Shown here piece by piece: positions 1 through 8,524 of a DNA stretch of 32,000 bases (the stretch's first letter is position 1; every line of letters begins with the position of its first letter). The notes under the pieces were generated by a model, which saw only the letters and a list, made by a program, of their open reading frames with translations, was not told the origin of the DNA and did not search any database. The DNA is from Nostoc sp. PCC 7120 = FACHB-418 (GTDB taxonomy: Bacteria; Cyanobacteriota; Cyanobacteriia; Cyanobacteriales; Nostocaceae), in contig NC_003272.1 in NCBI RefSeq assembly GCF_000009705.1, positions 4,500,001 to 4,532,000 on the forward strand. Direction: 5' to 3'. Both the position numbers and the translations under genes were made by a program.

Positions 1-1080
1 ACCGCAACCTTACAACAGCGCAAAAGCGCCAACGTATGGGAACAGTTCTGCGAGTGGATTACCAGCACCAACAACCGTCTATACATCGGTTGGTTCGGCG
101 TACTAATGATCCCCACCTTGCTAGCTGCAACCACCTGCTTCATCATCGCCTTCATCGCTGCACCCCCAGTAGACATCGACGGCATCCGTGAACCAGTAGC
201 AGGTTCCCTAATCTACGGAAACAACATCATCTCCGGTGCAGTTGTTCCATCCTCCAACGCCATCGGCTTGCACTTCTACCCAATTTGGGAAGCAGCATCC
301 CTAGACGAGTGGTTGTACAACGGTGGCCCTTACCAATTGGTAATTTTCCACTTCCTAACTGGCGTATTCTGCTACTTAGGACGTGAATGGGAACTATCCT
401 ACCGCTTAGGAATGCGTCCTTGGATCTGCCTAGCATTCTCTGCACCAGTAGCAGCAGCAACCGCAGTATTCTTGATCTACCCAATCGGACAAGGTTCCTT
501 CTCAGATGGTATGCCCTTGGGTATCTCCGGCACATTCAACTTCATGATCGTGTTCCAAGCAGAACACAACATCTTGATGCACCCCTTCCATATGTTGGGT
601 GTAGCTGGTGTATTCGGTGGTTCCTTGTTCTCTGCAATGCACGGTTCCTTGGTAACCTCTTCCTTAGTTCGTGAAACAACCGAAAACGAATCACAAAACT
701 ACGGTTACAAATTCGGACAAGAAGAAGAAACCTACAACATCGTTGCTGCACACGGTTACTTCGGTCGCTTAATTTTCCAATACGCATCCTTCAATAACAG
801 CCGTCAATTGCACTTCTTCCTAGCTGCATGGCCTGTAATCGGTATTTGGTTTACCGCTTTAGGTGTAAGCACAATGGCGTTCAACTTGAACGGTTTCAAC
901 TTCAACCAATCCATCATCGACTCACAAGGTCGTGTAATCAATACCTGGGCTGACATCATCAACCGCGCTAACTTGGGTATGGAAGTAATGCACGAGCGTA
1001 ACGCTCACAACTTCCCTCTAGATTTGGCTGCTGGTGAAGTTGCTCCTGTTGCTATCAGCGCTCCTGCTATCAACGGTTAA
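1..1080 (+). CDS. psbA: Photosystem II reaction-centre protein D1 (PsbA), Glu130 (D1:2-like) isoform. The window cuts the 5' end; only the start codon appears to be missing.
   Basis: Frame 1 is open from nt 1 ([33 protein letters not shown]...), so the window starts at codon 2. D1 hallmarks are present: [17 protein letters not shown] (E130 = gaa 385-387), SFSDGMPLG (D170), [13 protein letters not shown] (E189/H190/H198) and [13 protein letters not shown] (H332/E333/H337/D342/A344), plus a 16-aa C-terminal extension. Codons are strongly biased (ttc, atc, aac, tac, cgt, ggt), as expected for a highly expressed gene. Confidence 0.97.
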   Translation, partial: TATLQQRKSANVWEQFCEWITSTNNRLYIGWFGVLMIPTLLAATTCFIIAFIAAPPVDIDGIREPVAGSLIYGNNIISGAVVPSSNAIGLHFYPIWEAASLDEWLYNGGPYQLVIFHFLTGVFCYLGREWELSYRLGMRPWICLAFSAPVAAATAVFLIYPIGQGSFSDGMPLGISGTFNFMIVFQAEHNILMHPFHMLGVAGVFGGSLFSAMHGSLVTSSLVRETTENESQNYGYKFGQEEETYNIVAAHGYFGRLIFQYASFNNSRQLHFFLAAWPVIGIWFTALGVSTMAFNLNGFNFNQSIIDSQGRVINTWADIINRANLGMEVMHERNAHNFPLDLAAGEVAPVAISAPAING

Positions 1081-1100
1081 TTCTGAATTCTTAATTCAAT

Positions 1101-1134
1101 AAAAAAGCGTCTCCTGCAAAGGGGGCGCTTTTTT
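1101..1134 (+). terminator. Rho-independent terminator of psbA
   Basis: AAAAAAGCGTCTCC-tgcaaa-GGGGGCGCTTTTTT. The stem is 9 bp and GC-rich (two G-U pairs), the loop is 6 nt, and a T6 run follows. It starts 21 nt after the TAA; the A-tract and T-tract could extend the stem. Confidence 0.8.
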
Positions 1135-1244
1135 GCTTTGGATTCATGTCCAACATAGGTTAAATTACACACACAGCATAGATAAGCCGTAAATAGTACG
1201 AACTCCTATAATTACAAGCAGGCGATCGCTCTAATATGCCATGA

Positions 1245-1823
1245 TTAATCTTGCCTAGTGAGGATAGCGTGTTCAAATCTTACTTCTGCTAGACGTTCAG
1301 TCTGATTTGGTCTTGTTCCCACCGTAAATTCTCCAACGAGTGAGTAATAAGCCATTTGGGCGCGGACTTTCGCCTCTAAAGGTGTAAAGCCAACTTGCAA
1401 GAATAAATTTTGTGTGTAATTTAGCCGACTTTGATCTACTTGCAGCATAATCTCGGCAACATTTGCAGCTTTTGTAGCCCATGCGCGAATTGCATTTTCT
1501 AATCGACCGTCAATTTGAATTGCGAATTCAAATAAATGTAGCAATTTAGTCGTTGCGTCCCCACCTATCGTTTCGACTCGCTCAATTAAATTATTGGTTT
1601 CACCTTTCACCCATTCCTGTAAAATTGCTTCCAATAAATCATCTCGGTTCTTGAAGTGCCAGTAAAAGCTACCTTTTGTCACCTTGATTAACTTGGCAAG
1701 TGGTTCTACTCTGACGGCTTCAATTCCTCCCTCCGCCAAAACTTTTAAACCAGCATTAATCCAGTCCTGTCGTTCCAGTTTGATGTGTTCTTGTTTTTTT
1801 TCCATACGGCAGCGTATTGACAT
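1245..1823 (-). CDS. TetR/AcrR family transcriptional regulator (alternative ATG at 1805 gives MEKKQEH...)
   Basis: The N-terminal HTH is typical of TetR: WINAGLKVLAEGGIEAVRVEPLAKLIKVTKGSFYWHFKNRDDLLEAIL. It is followed by an all-helical C-terminal ligand domain. It is transcribed divergently from the SnoaL-like gene. Confidence 0.9.
   Translation of the reverse strand: MSIRCRMEKKQEHIKLERQDWINAGLKVLAEGGIEAVRVEPLAKLIKVTKGSFYWHFKNRDDLLEAILQEWVKGETNNLIERVETIGGDATTKLLHLFEFAIQIDGRLENAIRAWATKAANVAEIMLQVDQSRLNYTQNLFLQVGFTPLEAKVRAQMAYYSLVGEFTVGTRPNQTERLAEVRFEHAILTRQD
1801..1820. promoter_or_regulatory. Candidate TetR operator 1 (8-N4-8 inverted repeat)
   Basis: TCCATACG-gcag-CGTATTGA has 7/8 complementary arms. 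It overlaps the alternative TetR start codon (1803-1805). It has the same half-site as the site at 1849-1868. Confidence 0.45.
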
Positions 1824-1848
1824 TTATTTGTTGAGCTATTAATCTATT

Positions 1849-1868
1849 TCCATACGCTACGGTATGGA
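1849..1868. promoter_or_regulatory. Candidate TetR operator 2 (8-N4-8 inverted repeat)
   Basis: TCCATACG-ctac-GGTATGGA has 7/8 complementary arms. It lies 48 bp from operator 1, in the 57-75 bp divergent spacer, and overlaps the GGAGA Shine-Dalgarno (1866-1870) of the SnoaL-like gene. Confidence 0.45.
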
Positions 1869-1880
1869 GAAGATAAATAA

Positions 1881-2297
1881 GTGAGTAACGCAAATACAGA
1901 GCTACTTTTGCAATGGGCAAATTTATGGTCTTCAGGAAATGTAGAATCGTTTCTCTCGCTTTTTGCTGAGGATTGCTACTACGAAGATGTGGCGTTTAGT
2001 ATGGTGAGTAAAGGTAAGGAACAACTCAGAGACTTTTTCAGCGCTACTCGCACAGCATTACCTGATTTAAAGATAAATGTACAGTCTTGTTTTGCGTCAG
2101 AAGCCAATGGCGCATTAGAGTGGGTCATGCAAGGGACTCATAAGGAAGCATTTCATAATGTACCAGCTTCCCATCAAATGATTGAGGTGCGGGGCGTGAC
2201 ATTTATAAATCTAGAAAACGGAAAAATCAAAACTAATAAGGATTATTACAACCTTGCTACTTTATTACAGCAGATTGGAATGTTACCACAGTTGTAA
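1881..2297 (+). CDS. SnoaL-like / NTF2-fold protein (ester-cyclase-like), GTG start
   Basis: The 138-aa ORF has the SnoaL-type pattern (LLLQWANLWSSGN...F.ED..YED......GKEQLRDFF......PDL......, ...EVRGVTFINLENGKIKTNKDYYN). GGAGA lies 10 nt upstream of the GTG. Confidence 0.8.
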   Translation: MSNANTELLLQWANLWSSGNVESFLSLFAEDCYYEDVAFSMVSKGKEQLRDFFSATRTALPDLKINVQSCFASEANGALEWVMQGTHKEAFHNVPASHQMIEVRGVTFINLENGKIKTNKDYYNLATLLQQIGMLPQL

Positions 2298-2410
2298 CTA
2301 ACGATGTTTGGGCGATGTGCTGTTAGTGAGCATAACTGTTTACGAATTTTCAGTAATCGCTTACTGTGGAGCAGTATTTATTAGCTAATCACTAACACTT
2401 AAATAAGTGA

Positions 2411-3793
2411 ATGCTGCTCACCATCACCACCACCCACTCCCCAGCAACAGAGTTAGGCTACTTACTACATAAACACCCAGACCGTTGTCACTCGTTTTCC
2501 CTGTCATTTGGAAAGGCGCACATTTTTTATCCAGAAGCGAGTGAACAAAAATGCACAGTGGCGCTGTTGTTGGATGTTGACCCGGTGAAGTTGGTGCGGG
2601 GGAGAGGTGCGACTTTGGAACAATATGTGAGCGATCGCCCTTATGTGGCATCATCTTTTATGAGTGTAGCGATCGCACAGGTATTTAGTACAGCTTTAGG
2701 TGGACGCAGCAAAGACCGACCAGAATTAGCCCAAACGCCTCTACCTTTGGTGGCGAAACTATCGGTTTTACCCTGTCGTGGTGGTGAAAGTTTTCTTCGA
2801 GAATTATTTGAACCTTTGGGTTACACTGTCAGCGCCCAAGGTCACGTTTTAGATGAGAACTTTCCAGATTGGGGTAATAGTCGATATTTTACCGTTGAAC
2901 TCCAGCACACTATACCCTTGAGTGATTTGTTAAGCCATCTCTACGTCCTGATTCCCGTACTAGATGATGAGAAACACTATTGGGTAAACGAAGAAGAAAT
3001 CGAAAAATTACTGCGTCATGGTGAGGGTTGGTTATCGCAACATCCAGCCAGAGAACAAATCACGCGACGTTATCTCAAACGACAACACCGTTTAACTCGC
3101 ACTGCTTTAGCACAGTTAGCAGAAGAAGATAATCTCGACCCTGATGGTACGGAAGAAACCCACGCAGAGGAAGAAGCGGCGGTAGAAAAGCCAATTAGCT
3201 TGAACCAACAGCGTATGAATGCGGTGGTTGCTGCTTTAAAACAAAGTAATGCTAGGCGTGTAATTGATTTGGGATGTGGACAAGGTAATTTATTGAAAAT
3301 GCTCTTGAAAGATAGCTTTTTTGAGCAAATTACAGGTGTAGATGTTTCCTACAGGTCGCTAGAAATTGCCCAAGAAAGATTAGACCGCTTGCACCTTCCC
3401 CGCAACCAGTGGGAACGTTTGCAATTAATTCAAGGCGCATTGACTTATCAAGATAAACGCTTTTATGGTTATGATGCGGCGACTGTGGTAGAGGTAATTG
3501 AGCATCTTGATTTATCTCGATTGGGTGCCTTTGAGCGAGTTTTATTTGAATTTGCTCAACCAAAAACAGTGATAGTAACCACACCAAATATTGAATATAA
3601 CGTCAAATTTGCCAATCTCCCGGCGGGGAAACTGCGACATAAAGATCATCGCTTTGAATGGACGCGATCGCAATTCCAAGATTGGGCAAATAAAATCACA
3701 GAACGCTTTGCTTATAACGTGCAGTTTCAAGCTATAGGAGAAGAAGACCCAGAATTTGGTTCACCGACACAAATGGCACGTTTTTGTCAATAA
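2411..3793 (+). CDS. hen1: Bacterial Hen1, 3'-terminal RNA ribose 2'-O-methyltransferase (partner of Pnkp)
   Basis: The N-terminus, MLLTITTTHSPATELGYLLHKHPDRCHSFSLSFGKAHIFYPEASEQKCTVALLLDVDP, is characteristic of bacterial Hen1. The C-terminal Rossmann methyltransferase carries SAM motif I VIDLGCGQGNLL, then VVEVIEHL and HRFEW. The 460-aa length fits, and it sits directly upstream of pnkp. Confidence 0.9.
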   Translation: MLLTITTTHSPATELGYLLHKHPDRCHSFSLSFGKAHIFYPEASEQKCTVALLLDVDPVKLVRGRGATLEQYVSDRPYVASSFMSVAIAQVFSTALGGRSKDRPELAQTPLPLVAKLSVLPCRGGESFLRELFEPLGYTVSAQGHVLDENFPDWGNSRYFTVELQHTIPLSDLLSHLYVLIPVLDDEKHYWVNEEEIEKLLRHGEGWLSQHPAREQITRRYLKRQHRLTRTALAQLAEEDNLDPDGTEETHAEEEAAVEKPISLNQQRMNAVVAALKQSNARRVIDLGCGQGNLLKMLLKDSFFEQITGVDVSYRSLEIAQERLDRLHLPRNQWERLQLIQGALTYQDKRFYGYDAATVVEVIEHLDLSRLGAFERVLFEFAQPKTVIVTTPNIEYNVKFANLPAGKLRHKDHRFEWTRSQFQDWANKITERFAYNVQFQAIGEEDPEFGSPTQMARFCQ

Positions 3794-3797
3794 GTAA

Positions 3798-3855
3798 GGG
3801 ACTGGGGAGCAGGGGGAGAAAAGAACTGTTGACTGTTGACCAATGACTAATAACT
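3798..3855. repeat. STRR-type heptamer arrays filling the hen1-pnkp spacer
   Basis: GGGACTGGGGAGCAGGGGGAG (ACTGGGG is the complement of the STRR unit CCCCAGT) is followed by ACTGTTG ACTGTTG ACCAATG ACTAATA ACT (3825-3855). The array ends exactly at the pnkp ATG (3856). Confidence 0.75.
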
Positions 3856-6432
3856 ATGAAAATTACTATTCCTGAATTATCTTTAGTTGTCTTGATTGGT
3901 GCTTCTGGTGCAGGTAAATCAACATTCGCACGTAAGCACTTTCAACCGTTTGAAGTAATATCTTCTGATTTTTGTCGTGGGTTAGTTTCCAATGATGAAA
4001 ATAGCCAGTCTGCTTCCAGAGATGCTTTTGATGTTCTGCACTATATAACGACTAAACGCCTAGCCGCAGGCAAATTAACAGTAATAGATGCAACTAACGT
4101 CCAGCCAGAAGACCGCAAGACTTTACTGCAAATGGCCAAGCAGTATCATTGCTTTACAGTGGCCATAGTTTTTGACCTACCAGAAGAATTATGTCATGAA
4201 CGTAACCAACAAAGAAGTGACAGACAATTCGGCTCCCATGTAGTCCGTCGTCATACCCAAATGTTACGGCGTTCTTTGCGTAGTTTAGAAAAAGAGGGTT
4301 TCCGCTACGTCTACACCCTCAAATCACCAGAGGAAATCGCCAACGTCGCAATTGAACTTCAACCCTTATGGAATAACAAAAAACACGAACACGGCCCCTT
4401 TGACATCATCGGCGATATTCACGGTTGTTGTGATGAGCTGGAAACTTTACTCCAGCAATTAGGCTATGAAAAAAGCACAGGAATTGAAGATACAATCTGG
4501 AACGCTCCCATCTACTACCACCCCCAAGGACGCAAAGCGGTCTTTCTTGGTGATTTGGTAGACAGAGGGACACGTATTTTAGATACAGTCAAGCTAGTAC
4601 GCAACATGGTGACAGCAGATACAGCCATTTGTGTTCCTGGTAATCATGAAAACAAGCTCTTGCGGAAATTACGAGGTAAAAATGTCAAGGTAAATCATGG
4701 GTTACAGCAAAGCCTTGATGAAATTGCAGCGTTACCAGAAGCAATCCGCACACTATTCACTAAGGAACTCACAGACTTTTTAGATTCCCTTGTCAGCCAC
4801 TACTTACTTGATGACGGACGCTTGGTAGTAGCACACGCAGGGATGAAACAGGAAATGCAGGGACGGGGTTCTGGTGCGGTGCGGGAGTTTGCCCTGTACG
4901 GTGAAAGTACGGGTGAAATTGACGAGTTTGGTTTACCAGTCCGTTATAACTGGGCTGGAGATTATCGGGGTGAGGCGCTGGTAGTTTATGGACATACACC
5001 CATACCTGAGGCGGAATGGCTGAATAATACTATTGATATTGATACAGGTTGTGTGTTTGGTGGCAAACTTACCGCCCTACGTTATCCCGAAAAGGAATTG
5101 GTGAGTGTTCCGGCGGCGCGGGTTTACTGTGAACCCGTGAAACCTTTAGTTGAGAATAGTATTACGCGGACATCCCAACAGGAATTTGATGATGTTCTCA
5201 ACATTGAGGATGTATTAGGTAAGCGCATCATCAATACCAAGCTACAACCAAATATCACCATTAGAGAAGAAAATGCGATCGCTGCTTTAGAAATTATGAG
5301 CCGTTTTGCTGCTAATCCCAAATGGCTGATTTACCTCCCTCCTACCATGTCCCCAGTAGAAACCTCTTCAGCCCCTGGATACCTGGAACACCCATCCCAA
5401 GCCTTCGTCTACTACCAAAAGCAAGGAATTACGGAGGTTATATGTGAAGAAAAGCATATGGGTTCACGCGCCATTGTGGTTGTTTGTCGGGATTTAGCAA
5501 CAGCCGAGAAACGGTTTGGTGTAGTGGATGAAGGTATTGGTATTTGTTATACCCGCACAGGTAGGAGATTTTTTGATGAGCCAACATTAGAAACGCAACT
5601 TTTGGCACGGGTAAATGCTGCTCTGACTGCAAGTAGATTTTGGGAAAGATTTAATACAGACTGGGTGTGCTTAGACTGTGAACTCATGCCTTGGTCAGCA
5701 AAAGCACAAGGATTAATAAAAGGGCAATATGCACCAGTGGGTGTGGCATCACGCCTAGCTTGCAATGATGCCGTAGAATTACTGCAACAAGCAAGCGAGC
5801 GCGGCCTCAATATTACTACCCAACTCACTCGCTACCAACAACGAGCAGAGATGGCAAATCAGTACATCACTGCTTACCGTCGCTACTGCTGGAATGTCAC
5901 CGATATTGGAGACTTAAAACTAGCCCCCTTTCATATCCTCGCTACAGAGGAAGCTGTGCATATCGACAAAGACCATCGTTGGCACATAGAACAAATTACC
6001 CAAATCTGCCAATCAGACCCGGATTTACTCCTGTCAACGGCTTACAAAGTAATAGATTTAACCGACCCTAGCAGCCAAGCTGAAGGGGTGCATTGGTGGG
6101 AAAAACTCACCCAAGTTGGGGGTGAGGGTATGGTTGTCAAATCTATGCAATTTCTGGTCAAGGGTAGTCGGGGTATTGTGCAGCCTGCGGTGAAATGTCG
6201 TGGACAAGAATATCTGCGAATTATCTATGGCCCTGAATATTCAGCCCTAGAGAACTTGCAACGTCTACGCCAACGAGGGTTATCTCTGAAACGTTCTTTG
6301 GCCATGCGAGAGTTCGCCCTGGGTGTGGAAGCATTAGAGCGATTTGTTGCCCATGCTCCTTTACGTCATGTACATGAATGCGTATTTGGAATTTTGGCTC
6401 TAGAAAGTGAACCCGTAGATCCACGACTGTAG
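3856..6432 (+). CDS. pnkp: Polynucleotide kinase-phosphatase-ligase Pnkp (RNA repair). Probably the gene published as prpA in PCC 7120.
   Basis: Three collinear modules are present. First, a P-loop kinase, GASGAGKST (aa 15-23). Second, a calcineurin-type phosphoesterase with GDIHGC, GDLVDRG, GNHE, AHAG and GHTP. Third, a C-terminal adenylyltransferase/ligase with EEKHMGSRA (Lys533 = aag 5452-5454). The protein is 858 aa. Confidence 0.92.
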   Translation: MKITIPELSLVVLIGASGAGKSTFARKHFQPFEVISSDFCRGLVSNDENSQSASRDAFDVLHYITTKRLAAGKLTVIDATNVQPEDRKTLLQMAKQYHCFTVAIVFDLPEELCHERNQQRSDRQFGSHVVRRHTQMLRRSLRSLEKEGFRYVYTLKSPEEIANVAIELQPLWNNKKHEHGPFDIIGDIHGCCDELETLLQQLGYEKSTGIEDTIWNAPIYYHPQGRKAVFLGDLVDRGTRILDTVKLVRNMVTADTAICVPGNHENKLLRKLRGKNVKVNHGLQQSLDEIAALPEAIRTLFTKELTDFLDSLVSHYLLDDGRLVVAHAGMKQEMQGRGSGAVREFALYGESTGEIDEFGLPVRYNWAGDYRGEALVVYGHTPIPEAEWLNNTIDIDTGCVFGGKLTALRYPEKELVSVPAARVYCEPVKPLVENSITRTSQQEFDDVLNIEDVLGKRIINTKLQPNITIREENAIAALEIMSRFAANPKWLIYLPPTMSPVETSSAPGYLEHPSQAFVYYQKQGITEVICEEKHMGSRAIVVVCRDLATAEKRFGVVDEGIGICYTRTGRRFFDEPTLETQLLARVNAALTASRFWERFNTDWVCLDCELMPWSAKAQGLIKGQYAPVGVASRLACNDAVELLQQASERGLNITTQLTRYQQRAEMANQYITAYRRYCWNVTDIGDLKLAPFHILATEEAVHIDKDHRWHIEQITQICQSDPDLLLSTAYKVIDLTDPSSQAEGVHWWEKLTQVGGEGMVVKSMQFLVKGSRGIVQPAVKCRGQEYLRIIYGPEYSALENLQRLRQRGLSLKRSLAMREFALGVEALERFVAHAPLRHVHECVFGILALESEPVDPRL

Positions 6433-6517
6433 CGCCTATGATAAAGACAGCCAGCAGGGCTTAAACTTGACTTTAATTCATTTTTTTTGCAATGAGATCG
6501 CGATCGCTAAAATCTTT

Positions 6518-6540
6518 GTAAGACAATAGTCTTACTTTTT
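6518..6540 (+). terminator. Probable intrinsic terminator after hen1-pnkp
   Basis: GTAAGAC-aata-GTCTTAC followed by TTTTT. The stem is 7 bp and AT-rich, so this is a weak terminator. It lies 86 nt after the pnkp stop. Confidence 0.5.
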
Positions 6541-6721
6541 CAACTGCATCGGGAACCTATAAATGTGAAAAAAGTATTTGCCAAAAAGCTAGGTATTTTA
6601 CCAGATAAAGAAAACCAAGTTCTTAATTTTGGATAAAGTCGAGCTTAGAGTAATTTGTCTTTCCGGAAACAGCACGCAATCAAGAGAATACTTATATAAG
6701 GACTAACTCAGTAACCAGCTC

Positions 6722-8437
6722 ATGAACCACCACATGATCGGTAAAGTACTGCAAGCACGCTACCAAATTGTTCAAAACCTGGGTTCAGGGGTATTTGGAC
6801 AAACATATATTGCTGTAGATATCAATTACCCACATCAACCTAAATGTGTTGTTAAACAACTTAAGGTTAACAGTTTCCACTCTAGTCACCTAGATACAAT
6901 CAGATTACGTTTTCTGACAGAAACTGAAACCCTCAAGCACTTGGGACAACACCCCCAGATTCCCAATTTCATTGCTTGTTTTGAAGAAAATGAGCGTTTC
7001 TACTTAGTACAAGAGTATATCGGCGGACACGCTTTAACGGCAGAATTGCCAATTGCTCAAAATTGGGGTTCTGTGTGGCGCGAAGATGAAGTTATTACAT
7101 TTCTAGAAGATGCGTTAAGTATTTTACAGTTTGTGCATTCGCAAGGTGTGATTCATTGCGATGTTAAACCAGAAAATTTAATCAGACGTGCTGTTAATGG
7201 CAAATTAGTTTTAATTGACTTTGGTTCTATCCAGTCAGTGAATTTTGGCATAGATGAACAAGTATCTATCTATCAGGTTCCGGCTACTTCCTTGGGATAC
7301 ATACCACCAGAGCAATTTATTGGTAAAACTCAAATCAACAGTGATATCTATGCTTTAGGCATGATTGCTATCCAGGCTTTAACTGGGCTAGAACCACTGC
7401 AATTAAAAATAGATCCTGATAGTAATGAAATCATTTGGCGTTTTGCTGATACGCCTGTGAGTGACTATCTAGCGGCGATTCTCAGCCAAATGATTCGCTA
7501 CAATTTCCAAGAACGCTTTCAGTCTGCGGCTGAGGTGTTGCGTGTACTCCAACAGATGAAATGGGAAACATCCTTGCCACAACTTTTGCAAACACAACAG
7601 ATAGAATATAGGCAGGAACCTAATTCTGAAGCGTCGCCGCTAATCACAGGAATGAAAGTAGGACTAGCGGTTAATACCTTATTAATGGGACTGGGAACTT
7701 ATTCATTGCTGAGTAATTCTCCAGCTAACACAGAAACAGAACTTTTATATAAAGCGACACAAGAATATCAAGACGGCGACTTACAACAAGCGATCGCTCT
7801 AGCTAAACTCATACCTTCTCATAGTAATGTATATCCAGATGCTCAAGCCACTATAGACGAATGGCAACAGCAATGGCAAACAGCAGCAAAACAATATTCC
7901 TTAGCTGAACAAGCATTACTTGAGAATAGATGGTCAGATGTTTTTGTTGCTGCAAGCGAAGTTCCTAATATTTCATATTGGCAATCTAAAGTTAAGGATG
8001 TAGTACAGAAAGCCAATGTCAATATCGAAGCCCAAACACAAGATTTATTAGCCAAAGCTTATGATAAAGCTAGAGCTAAAGATTTTTCTTCAGCATTAGA
8101 ATATTTGCGTCAAATTCCTCAAGAAAGTTCTGCTGGTGCTTTAGTACAAAAAAAACTAGCTGAATACAACCAGAAAAAACAAATTAGAGCCGCTTATTTT
8201 TTACACCAAGCTCGTAAACAAGCATTAGCTGGTAACTTTGATCATGCGGTCAACTACCTCCGCAAAATTCCTCAAGGTACTCCTGTTTATGCCCAAGCTC
8301 AAGCTAAACTCAATGAGTATACACAAAAGTTACGCCCACAAATCCAAAAGGCTAAGTCTTTGATTGCTCATAATTCAGTTATTCAGGTTGGCAATTTACA
8401 ATCTGAAATTCAATTACCAGAAGTAAATATTCGCTAG
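6722..8437 (+). CDS. pknE: Hanks-type Ser/Thr protein kinase with one TM segment and a C-terminal four-fold helical repeat domain
   Basis: Kinase motifs: Gly loop LGSGVFGQTY, VVK (K45), HCDVKPEN (D147), DFG (166-168) and GYIPPE. A hydrophobic segment spans aa 311-331 (MKVGLAVNTLLMGLGTYSLLS). Four repeats of about 45 aa follow, of the form ..F..A(L/V).YLR.IPQ......AQ.KL.EY.QK. The gene symbol comes from remembered synteny (alr3732, immediately downstream of prpA). Confidence 0.88.
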   Translation: MNHHMIGKVLQARYQIVQNLGSGVFGQTYIAVDINYPHQPKCVVKQLKVNSFHSSHLDTIRLRFLTETETLKHLGQHPQIPNFIACFEENERFYLVQEYIGGHALTAELPIAQNWGSVWREDEVITFLEDALSILQFVHSQGVIHCDVKPENLIRRAVNGKLVLIDFGSIQSVNFGIDEQVSIYQVPATSLGYIPPEQFIGKTQINSDIYALGMIAIQALTGLEPLQLKIDPDSNEIIWRFADTPVSDYLAAILSQMIRYNFQERFQSAAEVLRVLQQMKWETSLPQLLQTQQIEYRQEPNSEASPLITGMKVGLAVNTLLMGLGTYSLLSNSPANTETELLYKATQEYQDGDLQQAIALAKLIPSHSNVYPDAQATIDEWQQQWQTAAKQYSLAEQALLENRWSDVFVAASEVPNISYWQSKVKDVVQKANVNIEAQTQDLLAKAYDKARAKDFSSALEYLRQIPQESSAGALVQKKLAEYNQKKQIRAAYFLHQARKQALAGNFDHAVNYLRKIPQGTPVYAQAQAKLNEYTQKLRPQIQKAKSLIAHNSVIQVGNLQSEIQLPEVNIR

Positions 8438-8524
8438 TCAAGTCGCTTTGCTCCAATTCAAAACAGGTCAATTTATAGAGACGCGAACCATCACGCCTCT
8501 TGACTAAACTGAATAAACTTCTAC

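Noticed and set aside
227-787. Three ORFs (81-102 aa) in alternative or antisense frames inside the first psbA
   Set aside because: They lie entirely within a very strongly supported D1 reading frame. Their products are Arg/Leu-rich and low in complexity, which is typical of shadow ORFs.
2424-6424. Eight antisense ORFs of 62-93 aa within hen1 and pnkp
   Set aside because: They are embedded in long, domain-supported genes on the opposite strand and have no independent signals.
2411-6432. Treating Hen1-Pnkp as the previously undescribed system
   Set aside because: The domain architecture is that of the biochemically characterised bacterial RNA repair/modification complex. Only its regulation and physiological trigger remain open.
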